From Macrostomum lignano (taxonomy: Eukaryota): a stretch of 64,000 nt of DNA. Below the pieces are notes generated by a model. That model searched no databases. It was given only the letters and a program-made list of their open reading frames with translations, and was not told the origin of the DNA. The number at the start of each line of letters is the position of its first letter. Position 1 is the first letter of the stretch. The position numbers and the translations under genes are program-made. The DNA lies in contig NIVC01000153.1 of the NCBI GenBank assembly GCA_002269645.1, positions 270,703 through 334,702 on the forward strand, in the 5' to 3' direction. This document shows positions 26,471 through 38,667 of the stretch, one piece after another.

Positions 26471-27699
26471 CCGCTGCGCCAGCCTTGCTACCATAGACAA
26501 AAGCTCTGTTACATTGGCAAACTTATCTTGGATTAAATTAAATGCGCGTAAGCCCAAATGGGCTGCAAAAAGCTATATATTTAGCGGCCGTCCCAGAGGC
26601 CCCGAAAACCCAGGGGTTTGGGCCACAGACACCAGCTGCTGCTGCTAATACCTTGAGAGCAGCAGAAGCTATAGTCTATGGTCAAAACCCTGGAGTTTTC
26701 GCGCTACCACAAGGAGTGGCCCATCTATTATAGAAACATTAACCAGTAAAATTAGTAACCTCTCGCGAATGCACGTCACTGAATGGAGTTTTACCATAGA
26801 CAAGTTCGGTCCAGAAAAATCGGATTTCTCGATGGCACACAAATACACGATCCTTACCGGCCTCCGGATCGTTTCTAAGAAAGTCTGATCCGAAAGAACC
26901 TCTGATCCGCCTGGCTGATGTGAAGTCACACGCGCAACGCGGATTATCTGTGTCTATTTTATCCAGCCCGCTGTCTAAAACCCGGACTAGTAAAGCCGTC
27001 GGAGAAATCAAACGAACCGTGTCAGCGGTACGAGCGTATAACAAAAAATGATTTGAAAAATGCGCTTTCGCTGTTGAAAAACGACAGGGGAAATGATTTT
27101 ACTAAACTGAATAAGCTCAGCTGTCTAGGGAACAAAGAGGCAGGCCTGCATCAACACAATCAGTATCACAATATATCCAATAAGTTTAGCGCTTGGCTGC
27201 CTCCACCTCTCTCAAGGCATTCTTGTCAGTCAGTGCCAGTGCTGAATGAGAGCTGTTATAAAAAACCTGTGACGATGAGTAGGGCAGCTCTATGGCAGCT
27301 GGGCCAGCCTCCCTCATCTCAGCCTCCCCAGCAATGATGCTGCTAAGCATTGTCGGTGAGTTCTAGAATAGAAGCCGCTTCAGTTTTAAGGATAGGGTAG
27401 GGAGACGACAGGGTGGGAGTTTGAGAATTATTAATTTGCCGGCCAATAAACAGTTGCCACATTGCGGAGCCGTCATCCATGGTCAAGAATGGGTCCTCTT
27501 GGACAAAACTGGGGGCTAGAAGGGATGAGGTTGGGGTGCGCCAGGGGGGAGTGGGAGAGCCCGCAGACCGCTGGGCGCCTGAACCGTTGTAAAAAAATTG
27601 ATGAAGAAAAAATTTTAACACGCTTGGCAGCATTGTTTTGCACAAAACTCTTTTAGTGTGCAGTTTTGCAGCACCAGCTTAATGACTTTAGCACTTTAA

Positions 27700-28942
27700 G
27701 CTATTTTATTAGCTTTGCGATTAGCCTTTATCTCATCAGTAGCTTTGCGATTAGCCTTTATCTCATCAGTAGCTTTGCGATTAGCCTTTATCTCATCAGT
27801 AGCTTTGCGATTAGCCTTTATCTCATCAGTAGCTTTGCGATTAGCCTTTATCTCATCAGTAGCTTTGCGATTAGCCTTTATCTCATCAGTAGCTTTGCGA
27901 TTAGCCTTTATCTCATCAGTAGCTTTGCGATTAGCCTTTATCTCATCAGTAGCTTTGCGATTAGCCTTTATCTCATCAGTAGCTTTGCGATTAGCCTTTA
28001 TCTCATCAGTAGCTTTGATGTCAGGTTTCTATCTCATTAGTAGCTTTGATGTCAGGCTTCTATCTCATTAGTAGCTTTGATGTCAGGTTTCTATCTCATT
28101 AGTAGCTTTGATGTCAGGCTTCTATCTCATTAGTAGCTTTGATGTCAGGCTTCTATCTCCTCAGTAGCTCTGATGTCAGGCTTCTATCTCATTAGTAGCT
28201 CTGATGTCAGGCTTCTATCTCATTAGTAGCTTTGATGTCAGGCTTCTATCTCATTAGTAGCTTTGATGTCAGGCTTCAATCTCATCAATAGCTTTGATGT
28301 CAGGCTTCTATCTCCTCAGTAGCTTTGATGTCAGGCTTCAATCTCATCAATAGTTTTGATCTCAGGCTTCTATCTCCTCAGTAGCTCTGATGTCAGGCTT
28401 CTATCTCCTCAGCAGCTCTGATGTCAGGCTTCTATCTCCTCAGTAGCTTTGATATCAGGCTTCTATCTCCTCAGTAGCTTTGATGTCAGGCTTCTATCTC
28501 CTCAGTAGCTTTGATATCAGGCTTCTATCTCCTCAGTAGCTCTGATGTCAGGCTTCTATCTCCTCAGTAGCTCTGATGTCAGGCTTCTATCTCCTCAGTA
28601 GCTCTGATGTCAGGCTTCTATCTCCTCAGTAGCTCTGATGTCAGGCTTCTATCTCCTCAGCAGCTCTGATGTCAGGCTTCTATCTCCTCAGTAGCTCTGA
28701 TGTCAGGCTTCTATCTCCTCAGTAGCTCTGATGTCAGGCTTCTATCTCCTCAGTAGCTCTGATGTCAGGCTTCTATCTCATCAGTAGCTTTGATGTCAGG
28801 CTTCTATCTCCTCAGTAGCTTTGATGTCAGGCTTCTATCTCCTCAGCAGCTCTGATGTCAGGCTTCTATCTCATCAGTAGCTTTGATGTCAGGCTTCTAT
28901 CTCCTCAGTAGCTTTGATGTCAGGCTTCTATCTCATCAGTAT
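27700..28942. repeat. Two-domain minisatellite: 30-bp unit changing to a 31-bp unit
   Basis: agtagctttgcgattagcctttatctcatc (~10 copies), then agtagctctgatgtcaggcttctatctcctc. Confidence 0.95.
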
Positions 28943-30019
28943 ATTTTAGCTGAATGCAGAGACAGATATGAAAAACGCTCTGCCTCCAGCATAGGTAGGC
29001 AAATGCGGTTCCACTAACATGAGCACCAGAGCATCCTTGTACCTGTATTGTGATTCTTGACACGTTTCCGCACAATTCAATTATTTTTCAGCAATTTGCA
29101 CCGCTCACTCCCTACCTGCAACCCCCCCCCTGCTGGTCGCAGCTGTCAAACCTGGATCAATTAATAATTGATTCCCGCTATTTCCAACGCGTCAAAATGA
29201 GGGATTTCCTCAGAGAGACCAGTTAACACTGCACTAGTTAGGCAACAATGGGTCATTAGCAATGCTGTTGCACCAAGGCAATTTTGAATTATTTTAGTCA
29301 TCGTCTACAGGTGACACGGAGCCGCTGCCTGTGTGCCGATAGATCGCCGATAGAAGCTTCTGGTTGTAAACACGAGATTCTTTGTCACAAAATTTAAGTC
29401 TAACTTAGGCTTACAACAGGAGCAAATGTATTTATTCATCGATGTAGATTTTTATATGAATCGCTATTGAATCAAAGCGGAATAAAATTTGTGAACACGA
29501 AATTTCGTTAAACTTACTATAAGTAAAGCAATAAGAGTTTTACAACAAAAAAATAATAAATTGACTTTGAATGAATATAGCTTTGCGATTTTTGACTAGA
29601 AAGTGCAGGACAGATATTAAACACGGATGAAGCAGAAAAACATGCAATAAAAAGTGGCTGGGTTAATATACACTATAATACGAGCTAATAATATATTTAT
29701 AATAAGCAAAAAGCCAATGCAATGCAAGAATAAAATACTTCAATTAATTCGTAATTCGATCGTATTCACTAGAATTCGAATGACAGTTAAAAAAAACACG
29801 CGAACAAACAAAAAACGGCGCGAATTTTAAAAAGCAAATGTCTTTAACAAAAATGCCAGTGACAATATACGTGTCTAACTGACCAAGCAATTTTAATATG
29901 AGCTGAGAATCTGTTTGCTTCCGGAAAAAAAGCACAAACAAAAATGTTTTCAATTTGTTTTAATCAGCAGCTGTATAGACATTCAATGCAAAATTATAAT
30001 ATTGCAGAAATTTATTTAA

Positions 30020-30427
30020 ATCTAGAGGTTTGTAGAAATCTCACATCTAGAGATTTATGGAAATCTCATGTCTAGAGAGTTATGGAAATCTCATGTCTAG
30101 AGAGTTATGGAAATCCCATATCTAGAGAGTTATGGAAAGCTCATGTCTAGAGATTTGTTGAATCTCATATCTAGAGAGTTATGGAAATCTCATGTCTAGA
30201 GAGTTATGGAAATCTCATGTCTAGAGAGTTATGGAAATCTCATGTCTAGAGAGTTATGGAAATCTCATGTCTAGAGAGTTATGGAAATCTCATGTCTAGA
30301 GAGTTATGGAAATCTCATGTCTAGAGAGTTATGGAAATCTCATGTCTAGAGAGTTATGGAAATCTCATGTCTAGAGAGTTATGGAAATCTCATGTCTAGA
30401 GATTTGTGGAAATCTCACATCTAGAGG
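30020..30427. repeat. 25-bp minisatellite in the probable BICDR 3' UTR
   Basis: Unit tctagagagttatggaaatctcatg; lies between stop 30575 and the first minus-strand AATAAA (30011-30016). Confidence 0.94.
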
Positions 30428-30574
30428 TATTATAAATTGGCAAAAATTAACAGATTTTCTTTTAAAAAAATGTTCTTAAAAAGTTTTTCTTAGTAAAGAA
30501 GTCCTACTAGAAGCAGCTTGTTGCAGAAAGTACGGAAGAAGAGTCTAAGATTTCCCTTCCACACGCAGTTGCTT

Positions 30575-33500
30575 TCATTTCTTAGCCGGTGGCCCGTTGT
30601 GATTGGCCGGCGAGGACCTGGCCGCGCTGGCCAGCGATTGGCTGAGATCGGAGGACTCAGGCTCGGCCAGAGAGCACAGACCGGCCGCGTCCGACCAGAG
30701 TCCGATCTGGTCGGACAGCTCGCCGCGCTCCTCGGCCGTCCGGTTCAGCTCACCGTTCAACCTGGCGACCTCGGCGTTCATCCTGGCCAGCTGCTCCTGC
30801 AGACCGCTGCGTCTGCGGATGACGCGGGTCCGAGGTGTACAGTCAGGACTTTTAACGGGTCAACAGTCTGGGCGGTTAGGAAACAGAAGGTCAGCCCGTC
30901 ATGGGTTGACGGTAACCTGACGGTAACCTGACGGTAACCTGACGGTAACCTGACGGTAACCTGACGGTAACCTGACGGTAACCTGACGGTAACCTGACGG
31001 TAACCTGACGGTAACCTGACGGTAACCTGACGGTAACCTGACGGTAACCTGACGGTAACCTGACGGTAACCTGACGGTAACCTGACGGTAACCTGACGGT
31101 AACCTGACGGTAACCTGACGGTAACCTGACGGTAACCTGACGGTAACCTGACGGTAACCTGACGGTAACCTGACGGTAACCTGACGGTAACCTGACGGTA
31201 ACCTGACGGTAACCTGACGGTAACCTGACGGTAACCTGACGGTAACCTGACGGTAACCTGACGGTAACCTGACGGTAACCTGACGGTAACCTGACGGTAA
31301 CCTGACGGTAACCTGACGGTAACCTGACGGTAACCTGACGGTAACCTGACGGTAACCTGACGGTAACCTGACGGTAACCTGACGGTAACCTGACGGTAAC
31401 CTGACGGTAACCTGACGGTAACCTGACGGTAACCTGACGGTAACCTGACGGTAACCTGACGGTAACCTGACGGTAACCTGACGGTAACCTGACGGTAACC
31501 TGACGGTAACCTGACGGTAACCTGACGGTAACCTGACGGTAACCTGACGGTAACCTGACGGTAACCTGACGGTAACCTGACGGTAACCTGACGGTAACCT
31601 GACGGTAACCTGACGGTAACCTGACGGTAACCTGACGGTAACCTGACGGTAACCTGACGGTAACCTGACGGTAACCTGACGGTAACCTGACGGTAACCTG
31701 ACGGTAACCTGACGGTAACCTGACGGTAACCTGACGGTAACCTGACGGTAACCTGACGGTAACCTGACGGTAACCTGACGGTAACCTGACGGTAACCTGA
31801 CGGTAACCTGACGGTAACCTGACGGTAACCTGACGGTAACCTGACGGTAACCTGACGGTAACCTGACGGTAACCTGACGGTAACCTGACGGTAACCTGAC
31901 GGTAACCTGACGGTAACCTGACGGTAACCTGACGGTAACCTGACGGTAACCTGACGGTAACCTGACGGTAACCTGACGGTAACCTGACGGTAACCTGACG
32001 GTAACCTGACGGTAACCTGACGGTAACCTGACGGTAACCTGACGGTAACCTGACGGTAACCTGACGGTAACCTGACGGTAACCTGACGGTAACCTGACGG
32101 TAACCTGACGGTAACCTGACGGTAACCTGACGGTAACCTGACGGTAACCTGACGGTAACCTGACGGTAACCTGACGGTAACCTGACGGTAACCTGACGGT
32201 AACCTGACGGTAACCTGACGGTAACCTGACGGTAACCTGACGGTAACCTGACGGTAACCTGACGGTAACCTTTTCGAGTCCATTCGCGGTCACGCTAAAT
32301 TTTGCTAAATCGAAGTCTCATTCTTACAATAAAAACTGCACGTGTAGGGGATTATGAGACTTCATATCGCATGTAAGATCAGTAACTCACCTCTGAGCAG
32401 CCTCTTGAAGTTCGTGCTGCGCTCCAGCGTCTGCGCTGTCCTGAAGTATGAGGCTCTCCTGCTGCTGGATGTTTAGCTGAAATTATGCAGAATTAAAAAA
32501 TCAGGTAATTAAAGAATTATGCATTGGTTTAGGTTTCAAATCTCTCTGAATGTAATAGTTTAATACACTCTGTGGGAAAAAGTTCAATAGCAAAAATTTC
32601 TAATGCAGAGAGTGATAAAGCTTGGTCTGGATATCGGGTGTACATTGAGAGCAGACGGTGATAAAAGCTTGGCCCGGATATCGGGCGTACATTGAGGGCA
32701 GAGGGTGATAAAAGCTTGGGTTGGATATCGGGCGTACATTAAGGACAGAGGGTGATAAAAGCTTGGGTTGGATATCGGGCGTACATTGAGGGCAGAGGGT
32801 GATAAAAGCTTGGGTTGGATATCGGGCGTACATTAAGGACAGAGGGTGATAAAAGCTTGGGTTGGATATCGGGCGTACATTGAGGGCAGAGGGTGATAAA
32901 AGCTTGGGTTGGATATCGGGCGTACATTGAGGGCAGAGGGTGATAAAAGCTTGGGTTGGATATCGGGCGTACATTGAGAGCAGACGGTGATAAAAGCTTG
33001 GCCCGGATATCGGGTGTACATTGAGGGCAGAGGGTGATAAAAGGTGGGCCTGGATATCGGGCGTACATTGAGGGCAGAGGGTGATAAAAGCTTGGGTTGG
33101 ATATCGGGCGTACATTGAGAGCAGACGGTGATAAAAGCTTGGCCCGGATATCGGGTGTACATTGAGGGCAGAGGGTGATAAAAGGTGGGCCTGGATATCG
33201 GGCGTACATTGAGGGCAGAGGGTGATAAAAGCTTGGGTTGGATATCGGGTGTACATTAAGGACAGAGGGTGATACTCGTAAAAGCTTGGCCTGGATATCG
33301 GGCGTACATTGAGGGCAGAGGGTAAAAGTCTGTGTTACGAGCTACAAGCAGATTCTATTGGTTTACTGGCTAAACTTAGAAGACAATAAACATTGGCAGT
33401 GCAGGTTTGCCAGTAAGAGAAATTGTTGTAATCGCAATTCATGCTAGATTTATAAATTGACAGCGCTTCACAACAAATGTTCAGTAATTGCTATTTAGCA

Positions 33501-36500
33501 ATGTAGCAGTGTGCATAAAATTAATGATTGGCAGCTAAATCGAGACATGCTGAATAAATAAAAGGAAATAAAACAGCAAATTAGCAAATTAAAAGCGCGT
33601 ACCTGAACATGTTGCAGCTGAAATCGAGCATAAATTATACCATATTAGAGCCGTAACTAAACATCGTTAAAATTAGCTTACTGAGATATATCTCTGAGCA
33701 CCTCTGAGCATCTCTATAGCCTTGAGTAGACAACTCTGAGATTCACCCTACCATTTTAGGGACACACTTGAGCATCACCCCACCATTCTATGGACACATC
33801 TGAGCATCACCCTACCATTCTATGGACACACCTGAGCATCACCCCACCATTCTATGGACACATCTGAGCATCACCCCACCATTCTATGGACACACCTGAG
33901 CATCACCCCACCATTCTATGGACACATCTGAGCATCACCCCACCATTCTATGGACACGCCTGAGCATCACCCTACCATTTTAGGGACACATCTGAGCATC
34001 ACCCCACCATTCTATGGACACATCTGAGCGTCACCCCACCATTCTATGGATCACCCCACCATTCTATGGACACACCTGAGCATCACCCCACCATTCTATC
34101 GACACACCTGAGCATCACCCTACCAGTCTATGGACACACCTGATCATCACCCTACCATTCTATGGACACACCTGAGCATCACCCTACCATTTTAGGGACA
34201 CACCTGAGCATCACCCTACCATTCTATGGACACACCTGAGCATCACCCTACCATTTTAGGGACACACCTGAGCATCACCCCACCATTCTATGGACACACC
34301 TGAGCATCACCCTACCATTCTATGCACACACCTGAGCATCACCCTACCATTTTAGGGACACACCTGAGCAACCCCACCATTCTATGGACACATCTGAGCA
34401 TCACCCTACCATTTTAGGGACACACCTAAGCATCACCCTACCATTCTATGGACACACCTGAGCAACCCCACCATTCTATGGACACACCTGAGCATCACCC
34501 CACCATTCTATGGACACACCTGAGCATCACCCTACCATTTTAGGGACACACCTGAGCATCTCGACACCCTTCAATGGATGCTTGTAGGAACGCTTTTCGC
34601 TACAGCCCAAGCCAGCATCCCAGGCATAGATAAAAGCTTTCGCTGACCCCACTGAAGCTGGTCAGGTTCGTCATCACTCTAGAACTGCTTCCAATAAAAT
34701 CCCCAAATCTCACCTCCTGGCCGAGCCGCTGCAGTTCAGTGGATTTGGCCTCCAGCTCGCGATCTTTCTGGCGCACCTGCTCCTGCAGACTCTCCACCAC
34801 CTGCGCCTGCACCCGGCTGGAGGCGGCGGTCTGCAGCCCAGAGGTGTAGCGGGTGAACCCAACAGATGAGATACTGCAATTTTGCTTGCAACAGTGATTC
34901 ATCTTATCTATTGTTGTAATTGCACCGGTCTCTATGAGCAACTTGTATTGAATCTCTATGAGCAAGTTATATTGGATCTCTATGAGCAGTTTATATTGGA
35001 TCTCTATGAGCAGTTTATATTGGATCTCTATGAGCAGTTTATATTGGATCTCTATGAGAAATTTATAATGAATCTCTATGAGAAATTTATAATGGATTTC
35101 TATGAGCAATTTATATTGAATCTTTATGAGAAAATTATATTGGATCTCTATGAGCAATTTATATTGAATCTTTATGAGAAAATTATATTGATCTCTATGA
35201 GCAATTTATATTGAATCTTTATGAGAAAATTATATTGGATCTCTATGAGCAATTTATAATGAATCTTTATGAGAAAATTATATTGGATCTCTATGAGCAA
35301 TTTATATTGAATCTTTATGAGAAAATTATATTGGATCTCTATGAGCAATTTATATTGAATCTTTATGAGAAAATTATATTGGATCTCTATGAGCAATTTA
35401 TATTGAATCTCTATGAGCAACTCATCCAATCTCAATGAGCAACCCATCTAATCTCTATGAGCAACACATATAGTCTCAATGAGCAACACATCCTGTCTCT
35501 ATGAGCAACCCATCTAATCTCTATGAGCAACACATATAGTCTCAATGAGCAACACATCCTGTCTCTATGAGCAACACATCTAGTCTCTATGAGCAACCCA
35601 TCCAGTCTCAATAAGCAACCCATCCAGTCTCAATGAGCAACACATCCAGTCTCAATGAGAGGGCCATTCCGCCTCATCTCACCTCTGCCGCTCCCTCCCT
35701 CAAGCCGCCAATGTCGCCGATGAGGCCACGCAGCTCGCCCAGCACCTGCCGCAGCGAGCCGAGCCGGAAGTCCATCTCAACCATGGCCAACTCGTCCGGC
35801 GTTTTGCCCGGCTGAGAGCCGCCGGCGCCGCCGCCGCGCCGCCGTCCCAGATCGGCGCACATGCCGCGCAGCTGGTAGTACACCTCCAGCACCTCGCCGC
35901 GCATCTCGTCCATCTCCACCGGCCCGATACCCCCCGCGGCGCCGACAGCGTAGTCGCCCTCGTAGTCGTACTCGTATTCGTCATCGTGCGGCAGGTAGGG
36001 CGGCGAGCTCAGGTCCGACAGAGTGGACCGCAGGTAGGCCTCGTCGTCGATTTCAACGTCGTCGTCGTCGTAGTCTTCAATGGCTCCGGCGCCCGCGGCG
36101 GCAGCCCCGCCGAGGCCGGCAGGCGCAGCGTACAGGGTGTTGGGCCGACTGGGTGCCGCTGGCGCCGAGGCGACCGCGCCGAATCCAGCGCTTCCCTCCT
36201 CAACTTCGACACCGTCGTCGGCATCGCCCTCCTCCTCAAGGATCTCTTCCACCTCTTCGTCTTCCTCGACACAGTTGTCGCCGTCGCCGACTCCCTGGCG
36301 CCAGCCGAACAGCTGCTGAGCATCGCCGCCCAGCTCGCTGAACAGCGACTCCCCGCCGGCGGGCGGCGCCTCCAGCACCATCAGCGTGTCCGAGCGGGCA
36401 GCCTGAATGCCGGATTTTCAGTATTAGTAGCATCTACATGTACTACTGAACTTACTGATCACCACCTGACTGTGGGAGTGAGTCCCGACAGGTGCAGAAT

Positions 36501-38577
36501 CGAAACTAAAATGAGAGAATCAAAACTAAACTGGGAGAATCAAAACTAGACTGGGAGAATCAAAACTAAACTGGGAGAATCAAAACTAGACTGGTAGAGT
36601 CAAAACTAAACTGGGAGAATCAAAACTAGACTGGGAGAATCAAAACTAAACTGGGAGAATCAAAACTAGACTGGTAGAGTCAAAACTAAACTGGGAGAAT
36701 CAAAACTAAACTGGGAGAGTCAAAACTAAACTGGGAGAATCAAAACTAAACTGAGAGAATCAAAACTAAACTGGGAGAGTCAAAACTAAACTGGGAGAAT
36801 CAAAACTAAACTGGGAGAATCAAAACTAAACTGGGAGAATCAAAACTAAACTGGGAGAATCAAAACTAAACTGGGAGAATCAGAATCAGTTAATGCACTA
36901 ATTATGACTTACAAGTAGGCTGAATAAAAACACAAACAATTTCACAAAAACCAACCTGCGGCGCCAGAGCTTCAACCTGACGGTGCAGACAGGCGGCGGT
37001 GGCCTGCAGGTCGTGAATCCGCGCCTCTTGCTCGGCGATGATGTCGCCCTGCTCTTGATCCCGGCGCTGCATCCGGGAGATGGCCAGCTGCTGATCCTCG
37101 GCCGCCGAGAGCAGGGCGTCCCGCTCCTCTGCCACCTGACTGAGCCGACGCTCCAGTTCGGCCTTCTGCGCGTGCAGCGAGTGCAGCTGCTCCTTGAGTT
37201 GGGCCAGCTGGGCCAGGTGCTCCTGCATAGCCGCCCGACGGGCCCGCAGCTCCGCCTGCAGCTCCGCCGACTGGCTGGCCGCTCGCTGCTCCGCCTGGCG
37301 ACGCTGGCGGCTCTCCTCGGCCAGACGCTCGTTGGCCCGGCCGAGAGCTGCCGCCTGATTTCGGTTGAGGATTGGCGTTTTTTCTAAACTAACAAGCTTC
37401 ACTGCCTTAAAACTTGATTTTCGATACATATCGGTACATCGATACATATTATTCATGCAAATCCATTAAAAAAGCAGATTTTCTTAAGAACCTATTACTT
37501 TTTAAGTTTTTATAAATTATCTTATCCGAGTGAAATTGTCATGGACAAAGATGTTTTCTATGAATGTCTTTTTTCTAAAAGTAACAAAAGGACACAACAA
37601 ATTAAAGCCTTCAAAAACATAGCAGTCATTGCCCCTAAATAGCAAGCATCCCTGGATAGCAAGCACCCCCATATAGCAAGCACCCCCAGATAGCAAGCAT
37701 CCCCAGATAGCAAGCACCCCCAGATAGCAAGCACCCCCAGATAGCAAGCACCCCCAGATAGCAAGCATCCCCAGATAGCAAGCACCCCCAGATAGCAAGC
37801 ACCCCCAGATAGCAAGCACCCCCAGATAGCAAGCACCCCCAGATAGCAAGCACCCCCAGATAGCAAGCACCCCCAGATAGCAAGCACCCCCAGATAGCAA
37901 GCATCCCCAGATAGCAAGCACCCCCAGATAGCAAGCACCCCCAGATAGCAAGTTTGCGAAAATGTTTCGGATTTTGTTACGGATACAGATATGGTTATGG
38001 GAATGAATATTTCCCATATCTAGTTCTCGTATCTAGTAATATTGGCTGGCCGCTCAACAAATTAGACTTAAAAAGACCAATTTGGAATTTATAAATATAT
38101 AAATAACGAACTCACTTGAGCCGCCCTCTCCCGCTCCAGCTCCACCCGGCCCAGCTGCTGTCGCCGCAGCTCCTCCCGGAGGCGCAGCACGTCAGACTGC
38201 AGCTCCCGCATTTGGCAGTCATAGTCCTGCTCAACCGCGTCTAACTTGGCCCTCAAGCCCGCCCGCTCCCGTTCCAGCCATTGAATTCTGTCGCCAAATT
38301 CTTCGGCAATTCGCTGGTTTCGGTGCTGCAATTCGGCGTTGCTGGCCAGGAGGGCGCGGCCGAGCTGGGCGGCCAGCATGAGGTCCTGCTCCCGGCGCTG
38401 CAGCTCTGTGTAAACGTTGGCGGTGCCGCCGTTCTCTACGACGCCGCCGCTGCTGGCGCCGTGACCGCCGGTGCTCTGGGCGGCCCGCTGGCCCATGTAG
38501 GTCTCCAGGTAGCCGGTCAGGTCCATGCCCGAGTCGGCCATGTCGACAAGATTTGCGCCTGTGCCGTTGTCGCCGCT

Positions 38578-38610
<33 letters not shown>

Positions 38611-38667
38611 CCCATCGTCATTGTCAGACGACATGTCGCAGCGGTAGCGGCTGAATTCGTCCGACAT
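30575..38667 (-). CDS. Bicaudal-D-related coiled-coil dynein cargo adaptor (BICDR/BICDL/CCDC64-like), ~703 aa. Exons 38667-38116, 37354-36956, 36402-35683, 34830-34714, 32476-32391, 30812-30575.
   Basis: CC1-box REQDLMLAAQLGRALLASN, GESLFSEL motif, EVYYQLRGMCADL, and C-terminal LNGELNRTAEERGELSDQIGLW. Six GT-AG exons join in phases 0,0,0,0,2 to 2112 nt ending in TGA. The exon 4 acceptor choice is less certain. Confidence 0.82.
30908..32271. repeat. Perfect 11-bp minisatellite, ~124 copies, in BICDR intron 5
   Basis: Unit gacggtaacct; no variant was noticed over 1364 bp. Confidence 0.98.
32605..33323. repeat. 47-bp minisatellite in BICDR intron 4, ~15 copies
   Basis: Unit gagggtgataaaagcttgggttggatatcgggcgtacattgagggca. 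Confidence 0.95.
33742..34560. repeat. 32-bp minisatellite in BICDR intron 4, ~25 copies
   Basis: Unit gagcatcaccctaccattctatggacacacct. Confidence 0.95.
34928..35660. repeat. 24-bp minisatellite grading into a related ~22-bp unit, BICDR intron 3
   Basis: ctctatgagcaatttatattggat, then ctcaatgagcaacacatccagt. Confidence 0.93.
36497..36882. repeat. 20-bp minisatellite in BICDR intron 2, ~19 copies
   Basis: Plus-strand unit ctgggagaatcaaaactaaa; on the sense strand it reads tttagttttgattctcccag. Confidence 0.96.
37636..37952. repeat. 17-bp minisatellite in BICDR intron 1, ~18 copies
   Basis: Unit gatagcaagcaccccca. Confidence 0.96.

Noticed and set aside
30778-32293. 501-aa and 464-aa ORFs (RLPSGYRQVTV repeats)
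   Set aside because: Stop-free read-through of a perfect 11-bp repeat lying inside BICDR intron 5.
35700-36549. Overlapping ORFs on the opposite strand or alternative frames of the BICDR, GPCR and SLC6 exons
   Set aside because: Shadow ORFs typical of GC-rich coding sequence; no splice support or recognisable motifs.
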